64,000 nucleotides of DNA from contig NC_057720.1 of NCBI RefSeq assembly GCF_004010195.1, positions 36,762,334 through 36,826,333 of the forward strand. Reading direction: 5' to 3'. The stretch is from Chiloscyllium plagiosum. Taxonomy: Eukaryota. A program made the position numbers and the translations under genes. Below, in pieces: positions 1 through 14,437 of the stretch. Under the pieces are notes generated by a model. It did no database searches. It had not been told where the DNA came from and saw only the letters and a list, made by a program, of their open reading frames with translations. Position 1 is the first letter of the stretch. Every line of letters starts with the position of its first letter.

Positions 1-1410
1 GCTTTTTAAAAAAGAAGTTTTATTAATATCAGGAGGCCCTTGACATGTAAACTGTGTTTTTAGTTACAGTCTCAGCACCATTAGTTTTGTCCCTTCTATG
101 GTACCTTCTTATTTAAAGCAATATCAAATGGCGGAAAGTTAATAGAGCCCTACAAAAGCAGAAACCAGTCCAATAATGTGTGCATAATTAATATTGCAAC
201 CAAATAGTTTAGTTTAGTTTAGTTAGCATAACCTGTCATTCAATAATAACTGAAACTCAGGCAGTCAAAATATGAAGCAAGCTTCTCAAGAGTTAAGAGA
301 ACAACAAAATGGCTCAAGTCCAATCTATGACAATTGCCAATTGGCCACGGTAAAGTCACATTACACTGTACAAAATACTGCATTTGGCCACAGTGGCTGA
401 GTCAGTGCTTTCTTCCAGGCTAGTTCTGCCTGAATTACTGTAGTTTGGAAGAAATTCAGTACCTTCCAAGTAGGATGCTTTTTTCATAATATGTACATTG
501 TCAATTTTTACAGTTTTCATTCTCACAATTTTGACACCTGCACCCTCATGCAAGTGCCCTTATTTTCAAATAGCTTTTCAACATGTAGTAATCCATACAA
601 GTTAAGTGTCACAACTTCTGCAGTGCCCCTTCACATTTTGGTCTGCAACTATGCCCAGTTCAGGAGTCCTGCCATTAAGATGCAACTTCAGTTCCATTCC
701 TGTTGTTGAGCTTCTCAGTTCATTACTGTCCAACGGGGTGCTTTTCCCAGAGGGAAGAATGCTCAGATTCTGTGATCCATTGTAATAGCATCGTGAAGGG
801 TGCCACATAGTGGCTGTTACAGTACAGGTGACTGGGAAATCCTAGCCAAATATTAAGGCGAATTAATTCTCTAATACCACAAGACTCACTTCACACTTTG
901 AGCTGCTGGTTTTCTTGAGGGTGCTTGAGTATGGGAAGGCTGACATAGCAGTTCATTTATAACTATCAACAGGTAGAGCTGTGTCCAAGATTGTCAACAC
1001 TGTTTGGAAGGTCAGGTTTCTGTCTGCCCACAAAGTTTCAAGCCCCTCCCTCCCCCTCCCAAAGACAGGTGATGCCAATTCCAAAGACTTCTGTATTGTA
1101 TTATATAGAGTGGGTTCTTATCGTGCAGTAGTAGTGTTCCAAGCAGATCTGGCTTCAAGTCCTAACTGCTCCAGAGCAGTGCAATAAAATCCTTTAACAG
1201 TTTGATTAAAAATGCCTCATCAACAGGCTACAGCATTGACTATTATCATTTAGAAAAGCATGAATATGACATTGAAATAAAAAGACCAGCCAAGATCATA
1301 ATGAATAGTATAACAGGCTCTCAGGGCTGAATGGCCTATTCCTGTTCCTAGTTTCTAAGTTTGTATGTACAGGCCTGCCCTGGACATACATTGACAGTTA
1401 ACATCCAAAA

Positions 1411-1721
1411 TTAGATTAGATTCCCTACAGTGTGGAAACAGGCCCTTCAGCCCAGCAAGTCCACACCGACCCTCTCAAGAGTAACCTATCCAGACCAATT
1501 TCCCTCTGACTGATGCATCTAACACTATGGTCAATTTACCATGGCCAATCCACCTGACCTGACCTGCACATCTTTGGATTGTGGGAGGAAACCAGAGCAC
1601 CGAAGGAAACCCACGCAGACACAGGAGAATGTGCAAACTCCACACAGTCACCCAAGGCTGGAATCGAAACCAGGTCCCTAGTGCTGTGAGGCAGCAGTGT
1701 TAATCACTGAGCCACCGTGCC
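1411..1721 (-). mobile_element. HE1-like tRNA-derived SINE (V-SINE)
   Basis: Minus strand has head GGCACGGTGGCTCAGTG, B-box-like GGTTTCGATTCC, a V-domain (TGTGTGGAGTTTGCACATTCTCC) and a CR1-type tail ending (AATCT)n. Confidence 0.85.
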
Positions 1722-3307
1722 AATGTAAAAATGTTCTGTTTCAAATGTTCCAAAAAAATTCTACTTTAAAAAAAAAAATGACTGCAGCCACCAAAATAAT
1801 AACTCAGACATGACACAAACTACATTCAACTGTATACAGCCAAAATAATGCCAAAATCTTCAGTTCAACCTATAAACAGCACAATGGCGCAAATAAGGTG
1901 CAATTCCTTTGCTATAGCAAATGAAGTGCAACTAAAAAGATTCCAGGAATAAGTATCCATAAACCTTTTTCCGAAGTACTATATACATTGTCAATGAGAA
2001 GTTAGTATTCTGAATGTGGCAAAGATGTGCTCCTAAAAGCCACAATAAAAGGACAGACAGAAATCTCTATGTCAAAAAGACTTGGCGGAGATATTCCATA
2101 GGTGTCCAGCAGTAAGGCACAAATAATCATTATTGAATGAAGATTTTTAGCCCCTACCATTCACATTGCAAATAGGTAAAAAGAAAAAGAGGGAGCACTG
2201 TTGGACCTAGTGATAGGAAATTTACCAGAACAGATGAGAGAAGTAAGCAAAGGACAACGTCTAGGAAATGGATACAAGTTAAAGATCGAGAAGAACAAAA
2301 AGACCAAAATAATTGGGAAATAAAATGATGAGTTGCAAAGTGGTAAAAACAAAACAAAATTTTATTCAGACAAATGTAGTTACAATGTTACAGTGGCAAA
2401 AAACTGTCAATTTAAATCTTCAACAGAAATCAATAAATCTTTCATTACTTAAGAACATCGAGGGAAACGGATCAAAAACAAGCAAATTGAGGCGGCACAA
2501 ATCAGACATAACCAAAATGAACTTCAGAACAGGCTCAAGGTCTACTTCTCTTCTACTTGATCTTTCAAAAGACAAACGATTTGACACTTCACAACTTATG
2601 AATTACAATCAGCATACAGAGCAAAACTGCAATCTATTCTGAACTTAACAGCAGAGCAGAAAGAATCATTTCACATGCATCACTGGACACCTCACTACTC
2701 ATCTCATCAGTCTGGCAGACATAGTTAATACTCCTTTTGAAGGTATGAGATATTGATTTCCTCAGATCTTCTCTTATTAAGTTATAGGACTAGTGGCAGA
2801 AACCTCAAGAAATTCAGAGTAACTGAACTAATTCAGACTTGTTCAGTTTTAGTTTTGAGGCACAATACTTAACAGTATAGTTTGTGATCAAATTTTTATC
2901 TTCTATTCTATATATGTTTGGCTTTATTTCTAAAACCACAGTACTGAAGAAACTGCATTTATGGAGATAGAAATAGTGCCAACATTTTGAATCCAATATG
3001 ACTCCTCTTCAGAATTGGTTGCACAAGTTTACTCTGGATCATCATCCAATTCTATGCTAAGTAAATTATAATGTCAGAAACACAATGTGATCCACCATTA
3101 AGAATGCAACTGAGACTAGAGCATTTTTTAAAAATATTTTCTGAATTTATCACCTTTTTTCATTCATAACTTACACAACTGCTCTCAAACAGAAGGTCTC
3201 AGAAAACTAAGAAACAAATCTAAATAAATCCTGCCTCAATATTGAAATATCCCTTCAAGCAAGAGTTCCTCTCCAACGTGGAAGAACTAATTAGAATGTC
3301 CAGTTAT

Positions 3308-3553
3308 ATCGAATCCCTACAATATGGATCGAGGCCATTTGGTCCATCAAATCTACACTGACCCTCCGAAGAGCATCCCACAGAGACCCATCCCCCTACT
3401 CCATCCCTGTAATCCTGCATTTCCCTGGGCTAATCCACCTAGCCTCATCCTGAGACACTATGAGCAATTTAGCATTGCCAGTCCACCTAAACTGCGCATC
3501 TTTGGACTGTGGGAGGAAACTAGAACACCCAAAGGAAACCCAGGACAGAATGT
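3308..3553 (-). mobile_element. HE1-like SINE, 5'-truncated
   Basis: Homologous by eye to 1411-1640. Confidence 0.75.
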
Positions 3554-4056
3554 GATCACGAGAACAAAGACAACAGCACTGGTAGCCACACAGAAACATA
3601 TGTACATGTACAAAGATGCACAATGTTGGAATTCAGAATGCTACAAGGGTTCTCATCTCTGTCTAAATAGCTAAGAAAGGAAAGAAAAATTGAGAATGGC
3701 TGACAGCAGTAATTTCATTTTCATACTCAATTTCTAACATCAAAATAAAAACCCAGACATTCAGTTAAAGGATTAAACAGATTAATGCAACAAGATAATA
3801 TTCAATACTCTATAAAACGTTTATTCAAACCAAATTCATGAGCGTAGCTAATATTTTTGACATGTAAGCCACTTGCAAGCTTTCACGACAATACCTAAAT
3901 GTGCTTCCATCAGCGAAAGAAGAAACTTGGGAATATTAAAATCAAAGTAATTGAATGTCTAATTAGCAACACAGGGTAAGCACAGAACAGTCTAAACATT
4001 TTCAAAAGTGAATTTCCTTCAAGACTAAATGGTTTCACCAATTACTGTTCAAATAC

Positions 4057-4178
4057 CTGAGAATGTTGGGATGAGAAAGACGATTCATTAATTGTACTTC
4101 CCGCAACATATTTGCTCTGTTGCTGGTCTGTTTGTTCATCTTAAGTGCCATTATTTGGCCTGATGTTCTGTGCCGCAC
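4057..4178 (-). CDS. TESK2: TESK2 kinase-domain exon (human exon 3 equivalent), in inverted orientation relative to the rest of the gene
   Basis: Minus strand reads ttttacag|GTGCGGCAC...ATTCTCAG|gtattt, 122 nt. It translates to [40 protein letters not shown](R), kinase subdomains II-IV, closely matching TESK2. Not in the ORF track. Confidence 0.9.
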
Positions 4179-4429
4179 CTGTAAAATTTAAAAATAAAAC
4201 TGCTGTTGTACGCATTACAACATAAAACCATAACTACATAATCTATAAAGAATCAAGACAAATAGAAAGAACAGAAAATGTTTGAGCTTCAACTTCAAGG
4301 ATACACTGCAAACTATACCCACACATAGCAGACATCAGTTTTGAAAGTAATAGAGGAAAAAGAAAATCAGACTATGTAAAATATAGAGAAGTGCAGAATG
4401 GGATGACAGGCAAAAAAAGACAATAAAAC

Positions 4430-6920
4430 AATACAGAATTTAACAAAGTGCCACACAAGAGGTTTTTCACAAGATTAGGGCTTATGGTATTGCGAGTAGT
4501 ATGTAAACTTGGATTGAGGCTTAGTTCATGGGCTGGAACAAAAAAGTAGCAATAAATGGGTCACTTTTGGAAAGGGTGGGTGTAAATTAGATGCAGTGTG
4601 GTAAGAATCAGTGCTTAAGTCTTAGCTATATACAATCTGTATCAGTGGTTTAGATGAGCACGCCAACTGTGGAGGATTCAAAGAAGCTTAAGAGAATATA
4701 GGTCAGTTAAGTAATTGGCTAAGATGACAGCAGGTGAAATGTAACGTGGGGAAGTATGAAATTATCCATTTTGGTTGCAAGAATGGAAAAACAGGTTTTT
4801 TTTTGCTGAAGCTAAGACCCCAATGGAAGTTATTCAGAAGAATTTGGAGATCCTTGCAGAGTGAAACATAGAACATCATGCACAGCAATCAGTTAAGAAA
4901 GCCAAAAAGGTAAGCAGTCAACAGCGTGGTGCTGGAAAAGCACAGGTTTCGGGCATAAGCCCTTCATCAGGAATTCTCCTGATGCTGCTTGAGCTGCTAT
5001 GCTTTTCCAGCACCACACACAACTCTGAACTCCAGCATGTGCAGTCCTCACTTTCTCCAAAAAGATATGTTGCCCTTTATTGCAAGGGATTGGAATATAG
5101 GAACAAGGAAGTTTTGCTGTGACAGGACCACACTTCATCTAGTATTTCCACTGCATGGGTGTGCCACTAGTAAGGTTAGCATTTGTTACCCACCCTAATT
5201 CCCCATAACGTGGCACTGGTGAACCACATTCCTGAAATCCTGCAGTTCATCTGGTATCAGGACACTCAGTACTATTAGAAAGGGAGATCCAGGATTTTGA
5301 CCTGGTGGCAATGCAAGAACAGCCATATATTCCAGAGTGTGCACATCAGGATGGCTTTCAGCTTAGAGCGGAGCTCGCAGCTGGCTGCACTTCCATGCTT
5401 CTGCAGCCCTTAGCCTTCAGGTCAAAAGATCACATGGGTTTGGAAGACAATTGAAGGATTCTAGATCAAATTCAGCTATGCATCTTCTGTATCGTACACA
5501 AGATGTCACTGAGCATTGGCGGAGACTGAGGTTTTGATCAAGCAGGCTGCTTTGCTCCGAATGATGTCAAGCTCTGTGTTATCAGAGATGCACTCCATCC
5601 AGACTTCCCATCACACTGTCCATTTGCAACCTTGTAGACAGTAGACAAGTTTTGAGGAGTATCAATGGGAGTCAATTGCCACAGAATTCCTAGCTGCTGA
5701 CCTGCTCTTATTACTTATATAGCTTTCATTTCTGGTAACTGCCAGGACAATGAATAATGCAATGCTACTGCAAATCAAGGGAAATGGTTAGATTTTCTTG
5801 TTGGAGATGGTCATTGCCAAGCACTCAAATGATGCAAATGTCACTTGCCATTTGTTAGCCCAACCCTCGATGTTATCCAGGTCTTATTGTGCATGGACAC
5901 AGATTGGTTCAGTATCTGAATAACTGTGAAAGGCACTGAATTCTACGTGAATATTTCTAAGTCTAACCCTATGATGGAGAGAAAGTTATTGAAGTAGTTG
6001 TAGAAGAGTGGTTAAATCCAGGATGCTTCACATCTGGTGGTGAAATCCTGATATTTCTGAAGATTCAGTGCTAGGACCACAGATATTCTTAGTATATGGG
6101 AGACCCAATTTCAAAGCTTACAAACTACTTGAAATGTGGAAGCATCTCAAATAGTACGGTAATCAACTTAAACAGAACATAGACTAGGGAGCAGAGCATA
6201 CACATAGCAGATGACATGTTTAGTAAGTTTGCAGATGACACCAAAATTGGGTTCAGTTTCCTTGAAAGTGACATCACAGGTAGACAGGGTGGCGAAGGCA
6301 GCACTTGGCATGCATCCCTCCATCAGTCAGAGCACGGAGCATAGAAGTTGGGATGTCATGTTACAGCTGTACAAGACATTAGTAAGGCTACTTTTGGAGT
6401 TCTGAAGTACTGTACATCAATGTGGTCACCTTGATATAGGAAAGATGATGTTATTAAACTGGAAAGGGTTCACACAAGATTTACAAAGATGTTGCCAGAA
6501 CTGAAGGGTTTGAGGCTCAAGGATAAGTGAGGAATTTTTTTCACGAGACCATAGGAGACTGAGGGGTCACCTCACAGAAGTTTTAAAAAAAAATTGTGAC
6601 AGGCACAGGTAAGTAAACAGTCAATGTCTTTTGCTTAGGCAAAGGAGTCCAAAACCAGATGGCAAAGGTTTAAGATGAGAGGGGAAAGATTGAAAAGTTG
6701 TCGCCGTGAGGGACAAGAGAGGGTGGTTCATATTATGGAATGAGTGCCAGAGGAAGTGGTAGATGTTGGTACTATTACAACATTTAAAAGACTTTTGGAC
6801 AGGTGCATGGGTAGGAAAAGGTTGAGAGAGATATAGGTCAACAAGTGAGTCTAGGTCAGTTTAGGAAACCTGTTTGACAAGGTGGGGCAAAAGGGCCTTT
6901 TTCCGTGCTCTACGACTCTA
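4430..6920. mobile_element. Nested cluster of decayed LINEs (+ CR1 RT 4430-5120, - L2/CR1-clade 5170-6000, + CR1 3' end 6200-6920)
   Basis: Remnant motifs such as FNKVPHKR, FADDTKI, QVDRVAKAA and MLQLYKTLVR, plus CR1 3' UTR and tail. Confidence 0.7.
4917..5058. mobile_element. Internally deleted palindromic Penelope-derived insertion
   Basis: gtggtgctggaaaagca.../...tgcttttccagcaccac inverted ends; same tail (tccagcatgtgcagtcctcactttctcc) as 32278-32490. Confidence 0.75.
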
Positions 6921-7135
6921 CATTACTGTGGGTCTGGAGTCATATGTAGGCCACACCAGGTAAGGATGTCAGTTTCCTTCCCTAAGTGACATTAAATAGA
7001 CCAGATAGGTTTCCCTGACAATTGATTCATGGTCATCATGAGACTCTTAATTCCAGAATTTTATACTCTACCATCTGGCATGGCAAGTTTCAAACTCAGG
7101 TCCCCAGATTATCATCTGGATCTCTGGATTATCAG

Positions 7136-8100
7136 TGTTGAAAAGTGTGTCACTGGAAAAGAACAGCAGGTCAGGCAGCATCTGAGGAGCAGGAGAATCG
7201 ACATTTGGGGCAGAAGCCCCTCATCAGGAATGGGTGTGTGCATGCGTGTGGCTAAGAGACAAATAGGAGGGAGAGGGTGGGATAAGGGGGAAAGTAACTG
7301 GGAAGAAGATAGGTAAATGCAGGTAGGGGGTGTTGGCAATAGGTTGCAGAAGAGGGTGGAGCAGATAGTTTGGAAGGAAGATGGACAGGTAGGGCAGTTG
7401 AAGAGGGCGGTGCAGAGTTGGAGGGTTGGATCTGGGATGAGGTGGGGGGAGAGGAAATTGATGTTGATGCCGTGTGGTTGGAGAGTCCCAAGCCGGAAGA
7501 TGAGGCATTCTTCCTCCGAGGGGCTCAGATTTGGTGGTGGAGGCAGCCCAGGACTTGCATGTCCTTGGCGGAGAGAGAGGGGGAGTTGAAGTGGTCAGCC
7601 AGAGAGCAATGGGGTTGCTTGTGTGTGTGTGTCCCAGAGATGTTCTCTGAAATGTTCCACAAGTTGGCATTCTGTCTCCCCAATTTAGAGACGAATGCAG
7701 TAGATGAGGTGTTTGGATGTGCAGGAAAATCTCTGCCTGATAAGGAAGGATCCTTTGGGGCTTTGGATGGCGATGAGGGCGGGGGCGGGTTTTATACCTT
7801 TTGTGGTGAGTATGGAGGATGGGTTGATGGGGGGGAAAATGGACCTAACAAGGGAAACATGAGGGAATGATTTCTGCAGAATGCTAATGGGGTGAAGGGG
7901 GAACTCTCTCTCCCTGGTGTTGGGGTCTGATTGTATGTGGCAGAAATGATGGAGGGTGATGCGTTGTATCTGGAGATTGGTGGGGTGGAAGGTGGGGACC
8001 AGGAGGGTTCTATCCTTGTTGCAGTTGAAGTGGTGGGATTCAAGAGTGGAGGTGCGGGAAGTAGAGGAAATGTGCTGGAGGACTTAGCTAACCACATGGG
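7136..8100 (-). mobile_element. Penelope-like element remnant (pLTR plus decayed RT/GIY-YIG linker)
   Basis: pLTR identical in type to 32278. The minus frame gives KDRTLLVPTFHPTNLQIQRITLHHFCHIQSDP, typical of the Penelope C-terminal region. Confidence 0.75.
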
Positions 8101-8789
8101 AGGGGCAATTGTGACCCTTGATAGGAGGCCATGGATTATCAGTCCAGGAAACCATTACCTCCCAATTGTTGCCTTTATGTTGCAAGACTGTTTGAATCAA
8201 TTGTATTTATTAGCATGATGGCAATGCCACACAATACGATAGATATTCTCAGTGTGAAAGTGGGACTTCCACTCCAAAGGATTGTGCAGTGGACACTCTG
8301 GCAAACACCATCATGATTAAATAAACATCTAAGACAAAACAGAGAAGGACAAAGTCAATTATGTTTCATTTTTTGTGTCTATCTGTCTTCTTACCACTTG
8401 CCACAGGCCCAGTCTGGCAGCAATATGCTTCAGGACTCTGCTAGCTCAGTCAGCTACCTATCATATTGTATGGCACTACCATCATGCCAACTTGATACAA
8501 TTGATTCGAAGAGTCTTGCAACACAAAGGCTTCAGTTGGGTGGTGATGGCTTCCTGGTGATGGCTTCTATTTCAAGAATCACAATACTGTTGAGCCACAC
8601 TTGATTATGGACAGTTAAACCCCACAGTGTCCAATCTGTGCCCTTGTTACACTCAGTGCTTCTTCCAAAATGTAAATCACTGTGGATGGAAATTTGTTAA
8701 TCAACAAATGATAGGCAACAAATGGGCATCAAGTGGTTTTCTTGGTTACGCACGAGATGCCACGAAGCTTCATGGATTAACATCAATAT

Positions 8790-10700
8790 TGAGGACTTCC
8801 AAAGCACTCCTCCGAACAGCATAAGTCTGTGCTTCTCTAAGAACTGTGATAGCTTTTCAGCCCATGGGCCTACCCAACATTCTAGATCATTCTGATCCTC
8901 TTCTCAGTCCAAAAAATGGTATCATCTCTATATCCTTATGATGTCATTAGTACCCAGAAATTAATTTGTCTTGAACCTGTTCAATGATTGAACTTCCATT
9001 GCTTACTCGTGTAGAGAATTACAAAGACTCACCACCCTCTGATGAAAAAAAATTCCTCACCATCTCAGATTTAAAGAGTCTGCCCCTTACTCTGAGGGTA
9101 TGTCCCCAGTTCTAGAGTCACCAGCCAGGGTAAGCATCCTATCTACATTCACCTTGTCATGTCGGATTTCAGAATTTTGTAAGTTTCAATGAGATCACCT
9201 CTTATTCTTTGGAAGTGTAAATAATGCGGTCTCCATTTGCCAAAGCAGAAGGTAAATAAAAATGTCAAGATGACAAGTCTAAAGTTACATTCTCTAAGTG
9301 CATGGAGCAATAAGGTAGATGAATTAACAGTGCAAATAGTTGTAACAGGTACAATAGGAATACATGGCTGCAGGGTGACCAAGGCTGGAGACTTAACATC
9401 CAAGGAAACTCAACCTTGAGGGAAGACAAGCAAAAGAGGCGGCGATGGGGTGGGGCCTCTAATTGGCTCAATACCTAGTTGGTTCAACATACTGTTCCAG
9501 AAAGCTATCTCGCACATATTTCAGGAATTCATCCTCTAAAGCAGTGCTGACTTGGTTAAGTCAGTCGACATGCTAATGATGTCACCCATTATCATTGCGT
9601 TGCCAACAAAACATACATCCAACTTCTTGAATTAAAGCATGCCCTACATTAGGACTATAGTTTGATGTTTAGAAACACCTCTCAATGGTTGCCACCTCTT
9701 ACTCCACTGAATGGATTCTATCCCTCGATCCTTTGATTGAAGATCCTCTCTTACAAATTTTTAATGTCATTCTTTATAAAAGCACTACTCCAATACTTTT
9801 CCTTTTCATCCACTCCTAAATACGGACTATTCCTAGATATTCAGTCCCAATCTTGATCAGCCTGAAATCACTTCACCCTTTCCAGTGGCATTACCAAATC
9901 TCCCTGCAAGGATGTTCAGCCTGGTCCTGCAAAGATAGAATCCATCTGACTTCTAAAGCTTCCACCCATCACAGAACTGGTCCCAATGCCTCAGAAATCT
10001 GAAGTGTTTCCTCCCAGTTTTCTAGCAAATGTTTGATCACTCAATTCTCTTGTTTATACTCACTACTATGTGAGACTGGGAATAATCCTGAGATTACTGA
10101 TTTGGAAGTCCAGTTTTACAAACTCCTTCATAATGCCCAGATATTTCCTTTGAAGACCTTATCTTCTTCTTAACAAGATGAAACACAACCTCTATTCATT
10201 CTTCTCCAGAAGAAGAATGACTGCAACCATTGTGATGGCTTTAAACCTGGCAAAATACCATCCTGGAGTCATGTCTGTGGACACAGAAATATCTGTGTTC
10301 TACAAACTAAAGAAACCCCATCAATACTGCTCTTCCATTCACCTGCTCCCCCTCCTTTACAACTGAGCTGCCCGTGGTGCTAACATCTTGCCTCTGATTG
10401 CATTCCTCCAGAGGAACTAGTACCCTCACCAAAGTGGAAAACCATTTGCAAAATCAATGGACTGCCCAGTGGTCACCCATTCCTTATCAGCCTGCACTCC
10501 TCTATGCTGCAGTGTGACATCATCCTCTGCCTCACAAACGCATAGGTGATGCTTGTCACCATTCAAGTTCTAAAACCCAGAACTCTAGTTTCTGCAGACG
10601 GTGACATATGTCCAACTCAGAAACATGGTGCACCCATGACTTAACATATTCCACAGACTATGAATGTTAAGTGACTGAATTACTCTGCCATATTTAATTG
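8790..10700 (-). mobile_element. Old CR1 LINE with an internally inverted endonuclease fragment (9270-9470, +)
   Basis: Minus 3' end (RIRGDLIETYKILK), + strand NKVDELTVQI..., then minus endonuclease and ORF1 remnants. Confidence 0.6.
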
Positions 10701-11585
10701 TACCAGCCAGTTACTCACCAACAGCTCATGTTGCTGTTGCAAAGTGGGAGTTAAGTTTTGGACAGTGCTAAACATAAATTAAAAAGGGGTTGTAAAAAAG
10801 TAACTCCTTCCAATTTCATCTCACTAACAAGTGGTCAGTTTATCTACTGGTGTGATCATGATAGCAATCAAGTGTGAGACATTAGTTGTACGATACAATT
10901 TTGTGCACTTGACTAGCCTACAGAACAGTTTTCCCAATTTTGTTATTACTTTCTGGAAGCAGAAACTAGTTTTCAAAATCAACTACGTGCCGATGGTTTC
11001 TGTTCCAACAGTTTCCTTAACTTTTTTTAAAAATCTAAGTCTGATACAGTGGAGTGGCTGGCTAGACCATTTTGGTGGACAATTAACAGTCAACCATACT
11101 GATTTTTATTTGGAGTCAAATTAGGGCAGACCAAGTAAAGGCAGCAAATTGACTTCATTGAGGATATCCACGAGGGCATGATGAAAGACATGCAGGTGTA
11201 GCAAGCAATTTGCAGGGCAAATGGTATTAACAGCTCTAAAAAGAACTACTCTTGCTCCTGGCTTCTATGTTTCTACAGATGAAAAGTTAAGTAAAACAGT
11301 AAAAGAAACTGAGAACATGATTGGGACTCAGACAACTTATCATTTCATTCTCCATTTTGACAGAGCAGCGAAGCAAGAAGGTGGAGTGAAGCGAGGGCTT
11401 CCGGGAAGGTAAAGGCTTAATTTATATTTGGGAAGTGGCTAAACTAGAGATACTACACGTATAATATCTCCCGCCCACTCCCACTCCTCTAACCGGAAGA
11501 AAAAGACTCTGTAAGGTAAGGCTTTTATTTTTTTTCTTTATCTTTCTTTTTCATATATTTAAGCACATTGTTTGGTTTTAGTTAG

Positions 11586-12110
11586 AACATAGAACATAGA
11601 ACAATACAGCACAGAACAGGCCCTTCGGCCCACGATGTTGTGCCGAACATTTGTCCTAGCTTAAGCACCTATCCATGTACCTATCCAATTGCCACTTAAA
11701 GGTCACCAAAGATTCTGACTCTACCACTCCCACAGGCAGCGCATTCCATGCCCCCACCACTCTCTGGGTAAAGAACCCACCCTTTCCACCCTTCACCTTA
11801 AATTTATGTCCCCTTGTAACACTCTGTTGTACCCGGGGAAAAAGTCTCTGACTGTCTACTCTATCTATTCCTCTGATCATCTTATAAACCTCGATCAAGT
11901 CACCCCTCATCCTTCGCCGTTCCAATGAGAAAAGACCGAGAACTCTCAACCTATCCTCGTACGACTTCCTCTCCATTCCAGGCAACATCCTGGTAAATCT
12001 TCTCTGCAACATCTCCAAAGCTTCCACATCTTTCCTAAAGTGAAGCGACCAGAACTGCACACAGTACTCCAACTGTGGCCTAACCAAAGTCCTGTACAGC
12101 TGCAACATCA
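11586..12110 (-). mobile_element. Young CR1 LINE 3' end nested in the 5' UTR of the + strand CR1
   Basis: ORF 11656-12111 (LVRPQLEYCVQFWS...FFTQRVVGAWNALP) and a (TTCTATG)n tail. Confidence 0.9.
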
Positions 12111-13558
12111 AAATCTTTCATTTAAAGTCTTAACTTCTGTTCCTTTACAAAATAAAAAAAAGATGGTATTTAATATGATATCAGATTTGAAAACTTTTCA
12201 ACTTCACTTTGTGTGTAAGGTTGTGACTGAAAGCATAAATTTGCAAATTGGGAATTCATGATTGAAAGCTCTCATGGAAAATTATGCCCTGTACTTATTT
12301 TTATTGTTAGATTTGGCAGTGATTAAATGATTCATACACTTTCTGCACCTACAGATATGGCACAATTGCTCCTCAATTCATCAATGCTTTTCTTGTGATG
12401 ACTCAGCCAGAACTCATTTCTTTGTTCAATAAAAGTGCCTTGAAATAGTCTTTGTATGATACTTATAACAAGATTTTTAGTGCAGTCACCTGTGTTTTCT
12501 TTTATTTGATACCTGATAGAAGATTTACCAGAGGGTTTTTAAATTCTGAAGGGATTTGGTGGGGGCAAATGAGGTAAACCACTTCTGGTTGGGGAATCGG
12601 CAAAAATAAATTGTCAATTTAAAATGCAAAACAGGGTTTAAGAAAATGTCTTTTATGCAAAGTGTTGGAGTGTAGGAAGTGATATTTTAAGGATAAAATG
12701 GATAAATATTTGATAGAATGCTGACGCAGAAAGCATGACAGTGTGGCAGGTTTGACTACAGCAAAGAGCTGGCACAGATGTAACAAACAAAATAACCCAT
12801 TTCTCTCTTTAAATATCCTGTGGCTCTACTTTTAAAGAATGGGTGAGATTGGCAAGAAGGCATAAGAGGGTTTGGAGAGGGAGAAAAGATACAGGCACCC
12901 AAGGTGGTGCTGGAAAGACCAACCCAGCGAGCAGAGGGGATTGTCATGACTGGGAGTGGTTTCCTTGGAAGTGTGTACACAAGGAGTGAATCTTAACGTG
13001 TTGTGTTATTTAAACTTCGATGAAATGGGTAATTCCAGCTGTGAGTTGTGGAAAATCTTAGTTTGGATGTTCAAAATGAACTCCAGGCATGTGCAACACC
13101 TGTCATTTTTTAAGGCGCTGACACTAACAAGATACAACAGGATTTAACAAGAAATGTCTTGGAGGCTCAGTTGAACAGTTCCTTGATTAAAGGTCTGCAC
13201 AGAGACGAGAGTTCTAAGACAGAAGTAGAATCATTGTAGGGCATAGCAGCTGTGGGCCAATAGATGGAATTTCCTCCTCTGAGTGAGAGATAGTGGGTTC
13301 ATTAACTCCCCTTGTGTGATTCAAATACAAACTTTTGCCAGAAAAATGCACAAGGAAGGTTTTAACTGTCTTGCAACTGAAAAATTAAACTGAAGATCCA
13401 TCTATTCTCTAAGTGATTTTGATTGATAGGCAATAATTTTATTGAAAAATCAGCAAATGACAGGTGAAGAATTGTGATTATATTATAAATAAAGCAAATA
13501 AATGTAAGTCATGGACAAAAAATTATGGACAAAAATTAAAATGAATTAAACATCAAAC

Positions 13559-13941
13559 AGATTAGATTCCCTACAGAATGCAAACAGGCCCTTCGAGAGT
13601 TGAAAAATGTGGTGCTGGAAAAACACAGCAGGCCAGGCAGCATCCGAATCGATGTTTTGGGTTCAACGCAACCAGCCCACACCTACCCTCTGAAGAGTAA
13701 CTCACCCAGACCCATTTCCCTCTGACTAATGCAGCTAACACTATGAGCAATTTAACATGGCCAATTCACCTGACCTGCACATCTTTAGACTGTGGGGGGA
13801 AACTAGAGCACCCAGAGGAAACCCATGCAGACACGAGGAGAATGTGCAAACTCCACACAGACAGTTGCCCAAGGCTGGAATCAAACCTGGGGCCCTGGCA
13901 CTGTGAGGCAGCAATGCTAACCACTGTGCCAACATGCTGCC
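13559..13941 (-). mobile_element. HE1-like SINE with a short Penelope fragment (~13596-13662) inserted in its tail
   Basis: Highly similar to 1411-1721. The insert ttgaaaaatgtggtgctggaaaaacacagcaggccaggcagcatcc matches the element at 32278. Confidence 0.8.
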
Positions 13942-14437
13942 CCAAATCATTAAACTATTTCACAAGCACATAAATAATAACAATGCACTGCAAAATGTAG
14001 ATCTCCTGAGTTTACAGAAAGGAGGTTAAATACAAATATTTAGTAGGAATAGGAGGAGGCCACTCCATTCCTTAAAAATGCATTGCAATTTAATGGGATC
14101 ATAGTTCATCTGATTATTCCACACCCTTACACATCGTCAATAACCTTCACTCCATTGTTTATTGAGAATGTATCTAACTCTGCTTTAAAAATATTCAAAG
14201 ACTCTGTTTACACCACATTTTGAGGAAGATAATTTCAAAGTTCCATGACCCTCTGTGAAAAAAGTGGTCTCCTCGGCTTCATCTGAAATGGCCAACCCCT
14301 TAATTTTAAAAGGTATCCCCCACCCCACACACTCCCCAGTTCTAGACTCACCTACAAGAGAAAAGATCCTTTCTACAACCAACCTGTTAAGACTCCTCAG
14401 GGTCTTATAAGTTTCCATCAAGACATCGCCTACTCTT

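Noticed and set aside
1640..1721. tRNA-like A/B boxes (also near 13870-13941, 50900-50960, 59700-59766)
   Set aside because: SINE heads continuous with SINE bodies; no complete cloverleaf.
7029..8218. Cluster of overlapping 80-170-aa ORFs
   Set aside because: Low-complexity frames of a purine-rich decayed Penelope element.
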